The notes beneath the pieces were generated by a model. That model saw only the letters and a list, made by a program, of their open reading frames with translations, was not told the origin of the DNA and searched no databases. A program made the position numbers and the translations under genes. From contig NC_042997.1 of NCBI RefSeq assembly GCF_006345805.1, positions 198,276,001-198,340,000 on the forward strand: 64,000 bases of DNA. Direction: 5' to 3'. Each line of letters starts with the position of its first letter. Position 1 is the first letter of the stretch. Positions 53,360-64,000 of this stretch are shown here, piece by piece. The DNA is from Octopus sinensis (taxonomy: Eukaryota).

Positions 53360-55065
53360 TGTATCAAGATGAGGACACCATTCCGACTAATACATAATAT
53401 AGAGCAGTTTTATCCAAAGAAAACCCAGAGTAATAACAATAAAAATTACAAAAGCAACCACACTAACAATAACAACAACAACAATCTTTTCATTAGTTTT
53501 GACTCTGTCCGTTATTTACACTGCGTTCCTTTTGTTTGTTTGTGCGCATGTGTGTGGGTCAGTGTGTGTGTGCCTATACATGCATGCATGTACGTATGTA
53601 TGTATGTATGTGTCTGTATGCATGCGTATGTATGTATATATGTGTGTGTGTATGCATATGTATGTATTGTGTGCATCTATGTACGTATCCTGCATATTTA
53701 TGTGTTTTCATGTCCGTGTTTGTGTATTTTCTATGTATGTGTGTGAGCGTCTGTTTGTATATGTATGCACCTCTGTCTCCTTGAAAAGTTTGCAGGACGC
53801 AACGAAAATTTTAGGAAAATAAAAATAAGAAATAAGTGGAAATTTTACCGGTGAGTGTGTTACATTATAAGGCACAAAAATAAAATGACTCTCCTCAGAC
53901 GCAACAGAAACTGCAACAGAAACTGCAACATAATCACTATAACTTCTCAAACTCCTTACCACAATTAAGTGGCGTTCAGCTTTAGTATCTTCGTTTACTA
54001 TTAAAATATCTTCTCTTGCTGTGACTGCTCTTCGCTGTGTAACACTTTCAAATAACCGCCAACTCGATTCCCGTGCTTCTCATTCTCACGTGTGCTGAAA
54101 TGTCTTTCTCACTTTCCAAAATTGAATCTTCACTTCAAAACAAATTCATCTATATAAATGAATAAACAGGTTTCAAGGAAACTGTCATTTCAAATTCATA
54201 ATTATTAAACTTGCTTTTTATGCACAGAAAATAAATACTGATATATAAATTTATAAATTTCAAAGTTAAAACACTGAAAACAAAATAGTATCATGAAATA
54301 TTTAATAACATTTTATATCAATTTTAAGCAAAGAATTGGAAACTATGTTTTTTTAAAATCCTTCTTCAAAATATCCATTACGAATATTTATTTGTGAATC
54401 TTGAAGATACGAAATTACAGAAAGAAAGCTAATTTTAAAACTCTAATTATTTTAAATGTAATATTGATTACTGGTTTAAAAGCAGCCTACATGATATTTT
54501 AATTTTCCTTGTGTTTTCTGCATTTTTGCATTAACTACTAAAAAGAAAATGAGTGATTACACGTTTCATGATTTTGTATTCTACATATGTATATGTATAT
54601 ATATATATGTTGTAAATTTTTGAATTTTAACATGAGTATCTAAAATGAATATAATTTGATACTTTCTCATATAAATCAATGTCAGTGGTGGTAAATGTGT
54701 GAGTAAGTAGATGGCCACTCTCATTCTCCCCCTTTGTATCTTTATGCCTGTGTGTGTGCATGTCAATGTGTGTGTGTGTGTGTTTATATATACATACATA
54801 TAAATACATGTATATACATATATATACATATATATATATATACACACACACACATATATTTATATATATATATATACATATATATACATACACACATATA
54901 TAAATATATTTATATATATATTACATACATATACACACACGCTCACACATATATATATATATTTATAATGTATGGTGAACTTATGGAATGAAATTCCATA
55001 AATCCCATCAATTCTTTTTAAAATGGAGGAAACAAGTTGTTAAAATTTGTAAGAACTTTAATTCT

Positions 55066-55163
55066 TGCAGACGATCGTTTCGTACATAGATATAATAATA
55101 ATAATATAAATTCATGATTGAATTAAATTAAATTAATTAAACATCAATGTAATCTTCAATACA
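55066..55163 (-). ncRNA. hammerhead motif, diverged mirror copy
   Basis: Minus strand TGTA-TTGAAGA-TTAC...GTAC-GAAA-CGATCG-TC-TGCA. Confidence 0.55.
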
Positions 55164-55509
55164 GGAAGGAAAGAAACCACAGCAGAAAAGATTCAGTTTT
55201 AGTTTTTACTCTTCTCTTTCTCTGCTCATTTATCTCCCCTACATTCAATTTTTCCTCTTATAAACACAGAAAGTACATACTAAATTTATTTGTAATATTA
55301 ACAGCTGTTTTTTTCTCTTTTTACTTATTCTTTCTACTCTATCATTAATACGTATTACCTAATATGATTTTTTATTCTAACATGAGTCCTTTATACACTC
55401 CACCTTCTATCTTTAACTCATTCTCATTCCTCTATTTCTTCTGCCATTTGTTTACCTTAACTATCTAATATTAGCTTCTCATATACCACTTTCTCACGCT
55501 GAACTTCAT

Positions 55510-55955
55510 TCTTTTTTTTTTCTTACTTGTTTCAGTCATTTGACTGCGGCCATGCTGGAGCACCGCCTTTAGTCGAGCAAATCGACCCCGGGACTTATTC
55601 TTTGTAAGCCCAGTACTTATTCTATCGGTCTCTTTTTGCCGAACCGCTAAGTGACGGGGACGTAAGCACACCAGCATCGGTTGTCAAGCAATGCTAGGGG
55701 TACAAACACAGACACATAAACACACACACACATACATATATATATACAGACATATATACGACAGGCTTCTTTCAGTTTCCGTCTACCAAATCCACTCACA
55801 AGGCATTGGTCGGCCCGGGGCTATAGTAGAAGACACTTGCCCAAGATGCCACGCAGTGGGACTGAACCCGGAACCATGTGGCTGGTTAGCAAGCTACTTA
55901 CCACACAGCCACTCCATGTGGTTGGTTAGCAAGCTACTTACCACACAGCCACTCC
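55510..55955 (-). mobile_element. SINE S1 with duplicated head segment
   Basis: Reverse-complement copy; ~40-bp head segment tandemly duplicated at 55874-55955. Confidence 0.88.
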
Positions 55956-56303
55956 CTTATGTATAGAATTTTTAAAGATACATGATACTACGTACTGATT
56001 TCAGCGGTTAGTTCTAATTTTCATTTAAATTCTTTGTCTCCCCATTGGACATTTCTAATACTTATTTGCCCTACACTACTTATATGGATCTATAATTATC
56101 ATTTCTATACTCATTTATCGAGGGAGCGTCTCCGATACCTCTTTACTTATATCTTAAAATAACCGTTGAAGCCGTTAGTTATGGTTAAATATCGACATGA
56201 CTCCCATCTCTTTCTCGCACGGATACAAATATGAATCTCCTAGATCCAGTTTTTCGGCTATATTTATTTTTTAAGCTCCTTGTATTATGGTTTCTTCTCT
56301 TCC

Positions 56304-56394
56304 TGCACTGAAGAGTACGCTGATATTCAATTAATTTGATTTAATTCAATTATGAATTTATAGTATTATATCTTGTACGAAACGATCGTCTGCA
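56304..56394 (+). ncRNA. minimal type-I hammerhead ribozyme motif, fully canonical core
   Basis: TGCA-CTGAAGA(56308-56314)-GTAC...GTAC-GAAA(56379-56382)-CGATCG-TC-TGCA; GUC triplet, G10.1-C11.1 pair. Confidence 0.82.
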
Positions 56395-56626
56395 AAATTA
56401 AACTAGTTGTAAATATTAACAACTTGTCTTCTCCAGTTTTAAAAAAATTGATGGCATTTATGAAACTTTATTCCACGAATTCACCATACATTATATACAA
56501 GTATTACTTTCATATCTTTGCAAATTTATGCCTGTAATCTCCGAGCAAAGTATGAAGAATCAACATTAGAATTCTTTTGGGAAACATCAAATTAAAGGAC
56601 AAATCCACATATCCACATTCAACCTT

Positions 56627-56677
<51 letters not shown>

Positions 56678-56938
56678 AGTTAGTTAGGTAGGTTATGAAT
56701 CTCGAACTGGTATCAAGTACAATATAACACAGAAAATGCTCGAAACATTTAATATGGAATCAATATTTTATTGACAGGTAATGCCTAACAACAGTACAGT
56801 TGTTTTAATGGGTTTCTGCATCTCCTCAAAAGTAGTAACAAATACATATGTATAAAATACAAACAAAGGCTTTTCTCTGGAAGTATTAATTGGAAAATGA
56901 AATAAAGATCAAGTCCATAAAGAGCATAAATAGTATGA

Positions 56939-56978
<40 letters not shown>

Positions 56979-58242
56979 CAGTTTTAAAGAGAAATTTGAA
57001 TAAATGAGAGGACAAATTGTTTATGGAGGTATAAAATTTTAAAATTTCATGAGATAAAATCCGCTCAAATATGGCGCAGATTTATAGCAAATTTAAATAA
57101 TAGTGATCTCTATGCTGTAATTGATAGCTTCCGGGAAGGCAAAGTGCTGAACTAGAGATGAATAAAATGGTTAATAACAGTTGTAAAATGCTTATGTAGT
57201 ATGATGAGTAACTTTTATTATTTATCGAAAAAGTGATTCAAATATTCATCGGATTCGATCAATAACATTTCTTAAATAAATTCAAAATATGCTAGAATAA
57301 AAAAATGGTTAAGATATTCAATAAAATATTAACGTTTAATTAGACGTTGAATGCTAAATTAACAAAATAAAATTGTCGAAATATGATTGAAAGTGCTAGC
57401 GGCGGGCATAATGGGAGACTGCCGTATGTGTGTGCGTGTGTTATTGTTTGTATGTATGTGTATGGTGGTGTGAAAGTGTGGTAGTGTAATAGTGTTGGTT
57501 AGTGGGGATGAGAAGTGTTGGATGTTGTGAAAACGTGTAAGGGAAAATATGAGAGCGTGGGCGACTGGGAGTAACGAAATGTCTAGCAAAATGATTGGCG
57601 AAAGCAAAATGGTGTTATGGAAAATCTACAAAATAATGGTTATTGTTTCTGTGTAGGCTTAACGATATAAATATATAAAATTCACACCAAGACGAAAAGC
57701 GTAAGTTTATGAAAAAAAAAAAAGGAAGAGACAATCGCACTAAAAATGAATGGAATCAGAGAGAAGAAATACGTGATTGAAAAGGTGTAGAAATATAAAA
57801 CGAAAATTCAATAGAAAAAGTGAAAAAAGTGACCGGGGAAAATAAAAACGGCAATTAAAGAAAAAGAATACAATTTATCATCTTAGACGAACACAGTATC
57901 AAGAAAGGAAAACGAAATAATAGCACCAAGAGAAAAAGGAAAGGTATACGCTTCCGAATTTACGACGTATGTGAATACTACGCCTTCCAAGTCAATAGAC
58001 TTCGCAAATTCAGTATCATAAAGATTTTCCGTTTTCTTCTTGACTCACTGGTTCCGTTTCCTTCTATTTGATAAAAACTATCAACAAAGGCACTAAATTC
58101 ACTTCTAGTTTTTGCACTGGCGAATCCATTTCCATGATACATTTCTTCCTTTCCGTCTTTCGCTTGTCTAATACTAATACTAGTACTAAGTGTTACAATG
58201 TATCCTCCTTGCTTCAAACTCTTATGGAGGTTTTTTGTGAGA

Positions 58243-58288
<46 letters not shown>

Positions 58289-58429
58289 ATTACATATAGA
58301 TATATATACATACATGCATATATATATATAACGGGAAGCTTTATGAAAATAAACAAAAGACGAAGGCAGGTGGAAAACAAACGAACAATTGTATTAGTAT
58401 GGCGCTCAGGAAATATAAATAAAACAAGT

Positions 58430-58465
58430 CTTTAACGTTTCGAGCCTACGCTCTTCAACAGAAAG
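58430..58465 (-). ncRNA. minimal hammerhead-like motif (A6U core)
   Basis: Minus strand CTTT-CTGTTGA-A-GAGC(GTAG)GCTC-GAAA-CG-TT-AAAG. Confidence 0.55.
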
Positions 58466-58550
58466 ATACACAGAGAGAGAAAAACACAGAAAGAAGGAGA
58501 TATATATATATATATAAATCAAAATATAAAACAAGGATATCAAGAGGTAA

Positions 58551-58642
58551 TGCAGTACGATCGATCCATGCGACTCCATTTAATTGAACAATGCAGTTAT
58601 TTCATTACATCAATTTAAAATGTAGAGCAATCTTCAGCTGCA
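58551..58642 (-). ncRNA. degenerate hammerhead motif with long stem-loop II
   Basis: Minus strand TGCAG-CTGAAGA-TTGC...GCAT-GGAT (in place of GAAA)-CGATCG-TA-CTGCA. Confidence 0.5.
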
Positions 58643-59388
58643 CAAATACATAGAATTTAATTAAATTAGGACACATTGATATAATTTTACCTAAAACCTC
58701 CAAGAGGATAAGAATATAGACGAAGAACATGTTTTAACAACAACATCATAGTTGTAAATCATATATATATATACATAATTAAATATATATATATATAAAA
58801 TCAAATGAATAATAACAGATGATGGATAATTGTTAGCTCATTAAAGCTGTCTCTTACACATTTTAAATAGAAGAATGAGAACATTACTTCATTACAAAAG
58901 ACTGTAAATAATCATGGGGTTGGTCTTCTCCGTGTACACAACTGGTATATCCTATTTGATACTTACCATCCATAGGCGGGAACCACAAGTTTATCCAACC
59001 CTACCTCGTTCATATCTTTTCAAGTAGCTGATTCTATCCGAATCCTAATTTTACTATATATATAAAAGTTGTGTGTGTGTGTGAATGTGCACCTATTAGT
59101 GTGAAGAGATATTACAGCACAGACATTAGGTTACTTAAAATATATGTGACATGTTTTAAATTCTATAGACCTTTTCACATATATCGCTATAAAAAATTCT
59201 CGCTTATAGTTAAAGATGTCAAAATACCATCATCAGCTCTGTGGTTCCCTCTATTGGACACCAAGATTCATTACTTGCTTGTTGTGCCTTCATCTGTAGG
59301 GGATACCAAAGAGAGTTAACCCTATGCTGACAGGAATCCGTAGCTTTATAATGAGTCAGTTAATACTAGTAACTGATTTGATCCGTCT

Positions 59389-59432
59389 CCCCTACAGAGG
59401 AAAAAATAACGAGCCGGAAATGCATATAGGGG
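59389..59432 (+). ncRNA. degenerate hammerhead motif (U4A core)
   Basis: CCCCTA-CAGAGGA-...GCCG-GAAA-TGCA-TA-TAGGGG; inverted diverged copy 59259-59302 has CAGATGA-AGGC. Confidence 0.45.
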
Positions 59433-59855
59433 TCCAATAGAGGGCGCCATGGACCTATATTTACACATTTTGTTATAAGCGATAATTTTTTTCTCTGCAG
59501 TAAACTGCAGTAGAATTGCCTTCGGAAGTCAAAAGGCCCACCTCTGAACTTGGAATGTAAGGTTTTCTTCTACGGTCACGAATGTAATATTTTCTTCTAC
59601 CATAATGACGGAGACTCGATTTATCCAGTGTTGATTGCTTCCATTATGACCTGCATATGTACTCCTTTTACCAACATTATAAGATGGGACCGAGCCCACA
59701 GTAACAGGTATTAAGCTCATAACACCTTATTTCCTCCTCTTTAAGTATCTCTGCTGTTTGTACTCTGCGTAATTTGAGTCTATTAATATAAATATCTATA
59801 TATCATACTTAAATCGTCTGACAAACTACATTCTTTTTGTATATATATATACATT

Positions 59856-59918
<63 letters not shown>

Positions 59919-60083
59919 TGAGGGAATATTATTCCAAACTTACAGGGAAAATTCAATTTAGAAATACTAAATCAATTTCACAAAATATAACATATATATA
60001 TAAATTAGAAAAAGCCACCTTTTATCAAAAAGGAATTTAATTTTTCATTATTGAATTGATAAAAGGTGTTTTTTTCTAATTTT

Positions 60084-60112
<29 letters not shown>

Positions 60113-60114
<2 letters not shown>

Positions 60115-60398
60115 ATATAAGCGGGACCAGCCATCTGAATGTGGCTAGGGACAGGGCGGGGTGGTGGGGGTGTTACTGATGCATTTAGCCCCAGGCGACT
60201 ATAGACGTCACCAGGAGAGCCGACACCATCACGGTGTCCTTGCTAGCCTGTAAAGGGAGATCAGCCTCCCCGGACACCGTGATGGTGTCGGCTCTCCTGG
60301 TGACGTCTATAGTCGCCTGGGGCTAAATGCATCAGTAACACCCCCACCACCCCGCCCTGTCCCTAGCCACATTCAGATGGCTGGTCCCGCTTATATTA
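60113..60398. repeat. GC-rich perfect inverted repeat
   Basis: 127-bp arms 60113-60239 and 60272-60398, 32-nt spacer. Confidence 0.96.
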
Positions 60399-61298
60399 CA
60401 GAGCAGTTACTGTTTATACCTCGCTTAGAGATTTATTATTGTTATATATATATCGTTTTGCATATATAGATATATACATATTTTGCATTTCATGCCCAAG
60501 CTGATATATTTGATATATTTAATTTGTGTATCCGCATAATTGCCTATACGAATATATATATATATATAAATAACGTTGTATAGTCTTTAACGAAATTTTG
60601 ATTTTTCATGTTAGACATTTTTACTCCACATTTTTTTTCTTTCTTTCTTGTCATGCTCTTTTTGGCTTATTTTTTTTCCAGAAATTTGTTTATTCTTCTT
60701 CCGTTACATTCCAATATCTGACTATTGTTAAGACACGTCTGAAACCTTAAGACATACTTTGGCAAACATTCAGTTAGTCATCCATAATCATATTTATCTT
60801 TTTTTTTGCCAAAACATTCTTTGATTTAAGAAAATCAAGATGATGCTTGGCGCTTTCTGCACATCGATGGCATGCAAATGTATTTTGTAATGTGATATAA
60901 CTTCTGTTTCTCGGGATTTGCAATTTACAAACCCCGGGTTTAATCTCCACAGCAATTTCTTTATTTACCAATTGATTTACTTTTCGTTGCCATTAGAAAC
61001 GTTTATATCAATACATTTCAGTATAAATATTCATTTTGGTTGGCTGCATGATGGTACAAGTTCACCGGTTTTGCTAAAACACTTGTGTAAGAGGAATATT
61101 TCTCCTGATAAATATATCGATATATTTCACAGAACAGAAGATACAGGCATACTGACAGAATATATGTGTGTGTGTGTCTATGAATCATATGTATGTATAT
61201 GAGTTATAGAGGGAAAACTGCTTATTTTGTATAAAACACGAATGTGATCTATAAATAGTTTCATAAACGAGCGTGCGCACACACACACACACACACAC

Positions 61299-61332
<34 letters not shown>

Positions 61333-61624
61333 GTCACAAAATACAGTGTACATTTAAACATATGAGGAATACACTTGTGGGATTCAACACGCTAGAAAGA
61401 ACAGCTAGGTTCCATAACCACAAAATTAGGGATAAAATTCGACGGGAACGAAATGAAAAAATAAAAACATTTTACTATCTAGTTTCCTCGACCAATTGCT
61501 TTCTGATTTTAGTTTAACAAGTAAAATAACAAATACTCGCTAGGTATATATATATATACAGAAAAAAACTCCATCGGGAATTGTGGCAGTATATTAAAAG
61601 AACCTTTACGGTTAAAAATTATAA

Positions 61625-61959
61625 ATATCTTATAAGCAAGGGCTAAAGAAGGTTATTCTAAAGCCAATATACTGATATTCCACATTTAATCTACTTGCTA
61701 CAGAAAGTTAAACTGAAATTCGGGCAACTAAACCTTTGGAACCCTTAAATTTCGTTATCTCAATATTGAATCAATTTCGGAATTAACCACATAAGGGTTC
61801 GTTCCGAAATTGATTCAATATTGAGATAACGAAATTTAAATGTTCCAAAGGTTTAGTTGCCCGAATTTCAGTTTAACTTTCTGTAGCAAGTAGATTAAAC
61901 GTGGAATATCAGTATATTGGCTTTAGAATAACCTTCTTTAGCCCTTGCTTATAAGATAT
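61625..61959. repeat. near-perfect inverted repeat
   Basis: 158-bp arms 61625-61782 and 61802-61959, 19-nt spacer, about 3 mismatches. Confidence 0.95.
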
Positions 61960-61964
61960 ATATA

Positions 61965-61997
<33 letters not shown>

Positions 61998-62401
61998 GCT
62001 ATTCTTTAACAAGAATAATATTGACAGTGACTTTGGAATTTCGGTAAATCATTTGTTATAATATTCGTGCTTAAGATCCGGAGTTACGTGCAACATTGAT
62101 TTCATTTGGGAGAGGGAGATTTGCAAGGAGGAAATCCGTTCTCGTTCTCAGTAGAGACGATATTCTAGGAAAACATTGTTTAGAGCTTAGGGAATCATTG
62201 CTTCTACTATTTACTACTGCGACTGCTGCTACTGTTGCTGCTACAGATGATAGTGTAAGTAACCTCCTTTCCTCTTATGATTTTACCGAGTTTACAAATG
62301 CCGGGTTAAAAAGCTTCCTTTTAAGGTTGTCTGTTGTTTGCAATGATTATATTCTCTTTTTCACAATTCATAGTAAATATTTATTAAATCCATTAACATA
62401 G

Positions 62402-63064
62402 TAAATTTGGATTGTACCTCAATGTCAAGAAAACGACGATCAAGTCAACAGCAGCCACATCAAACATCAGCATCAAGATCGATAATGAAGAGATCGAAGT
62501 GGTTGATGATTTCATCTTCCTTGGTTCCAAAACAAATCGAGATGGTAACTGCACTCCAGAAATAAGGCAGTGGATAGTACTAGGCAGAGAGGCAATGGTC
62601 AGCATGAGCAAGGTCTGGAAGAGTAGAGACATCAGCCTCGCTACCAAATGCAGATTGGTGAATGCAATCGTCTTCCCAATAGCAACATATGGATGCGAGA
62701 CCTGGACACTAAAGAAAGCTGACCAGAAGAGAATAAATGCATTCGAGCTTTGGTGTTGGAGAAGACTTTTACGGATTCCATGGTCAAGCCGAAAATGTCG
62801 CTAGAAGCTCGGATCACCAACCATAGATTGGCATATTTTGGTCATATTGTGCGGGGAAAATACCTGGAGAAGGACAAGATGCTCAGAATGGTCAGTGGCA
62901 GGAGAGGAAGAGGCCAACCAAGAACCCGCTGACTTGACACTATCAAGAGTGACACGGGATGGCCATAGCCAATCTGAAAGAAGCGACCCAGGATAGAACT
63001 GGCTGGAGAACACTGATCCATCGAGTTACCAAGAGTCGACTTCGACTGAACGGATAGAGAGAGA
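62402..63064 (+). mobile_element. 3' fragment of RTE (BovB-like) LINE
   Basis: GLYLNVKKT, EVVDDFIFLGS, YGCETWTLKK, AFELWCWRRLLRIPW, YFGHIVR, GRRGRGQPRTR; 3' hairpin AGTCGACTTCGACT and (AG)n tail; internal deletion/frameshift. Confidence 0.9.
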
Positions 63065-63591
63065 ACATAGTAGTGAGAATCCTATTGCAAATCATCTTAT
63101 TATTTAGTGAGTATTGCTCTCTTTCAGCTTCACAAATGTCGTTTGCATTTGTGGTGTATCTGCTGGGGGAAGGATTTATTATTCTGAGTAGGTCTTGTAT
63201 AAAGGTAACCCTTGTTTCTTCCCATATATTATACTTTGAGAAATATCCTTATTTGAGATTTTCTTTTAAGGATGCTACTTTCCTGGAGCTAAGTTCAAAG
63301 TTATGTGCAGATGATTCATGAGGATTAGAATCATACTTTTACACTTTTTCTTCCTTTGATATCGTTCTCTTCATAGTTAGTGTTGAAGACCTGAAATCTT
63401 ATTTGATTATTAAAGCATCAAAGTGCTAAATATCACAAAACAGTGTGGAAAAGGGAATAGATAAATGGTTGATCTCGGATGTGGAAGGATTGAGAGTCCA
63501 ATATCTACATTAAAACTACAGGGAGACAATAAATCTAATGGTATTGTAAAGGATTAGAATCCCTTCTCAAGTATCAATAAGAGTGGCAAAA

Positions 63592-63978
63592 GGCGGTTAC
63601 CTGGCAGAAACGTTAGCACGCTGGGCGAAATGCTTAGCGGTATTTCGTCTGCCGCTACGTCCTGAGTTCAAATTCCGCCGAGGTCCACTTTGCCTTTTAT
63701 CCTTTCGGGGTCGATAAATTAAGTACCAGTTACCGACTGGGGTCGATATAATCGACTTAATCCGTGTGTCTGTCCTTGTTTGTCCTCTCTGTGTTTAGCC
63801 CTTGTGGGTAGTAAAGAAATAGTTATTTCGTCTGCCGCTACGTTCTGAGTTCAAATTCCGCCGAGGTCGACTTTGCCTTTCATTCTTTCGGGGTCGATTA
63901 AATAAGTACTAGTTATGCACTGGGGTCGATATAATCGACTTAATCCCTTTGTCTGTCCTTGTTTGTCCCCTCTATGTT
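63592..63978 (+). mobile_element. SINE S2 dimer with target-site duplication
   Basis: Two units; AATAAGAGTGGC at both flanks. Confidence 0.87.
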
Positions 63979-64000
63979 GTAATGAAAAAATAAGAGTGGC

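Overview
AT-rich, microsatellite-dense eukaryotic DNA with no confidently supported host gene. The SINE repertoire suggests an octopus/cephalopod genome (inference). Most six-frame ORFs are translated (TA)n/(CA)n repeats. Conventional content: a young, 5'-truncated CR1-group LINE with an uninterrupted APE+RT frame (about 31824-34643), 3' fragments of CR1 and RTE LINEs, a full-length but frameshifted mariner (47366-48636), a Tc1 remnant, two non-autonomous Helitron-like elements, MITEs and many copies of about five tRNA-derived SINE families. The main unexplained signal is a set of long DNA palindromes/inverted repeats embedded in (TA)n tracts. Most of them carry minimal type-I hammerhead ribozyme motifs (stem I - CUGANGA - stem II - GAAA - short, often palindromic stem III - UH - stem I') in mirror-image copies. 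They fall into roughly eight sequence-distinct families, including core variants (U3-A8 compensatory, U4C, U4A, A6U), a group with a length-conserved 60-64 nt stem-II insert, and one motif fused to a tRNA-derived head. They are best read as non-coding Penelope-like (PLE) pseudo-LTR derivatives or retrozyme-like elements. All ribozyme calls come from reading by eye; none was folded computationally or tested. Repeat boundaries are approximate.
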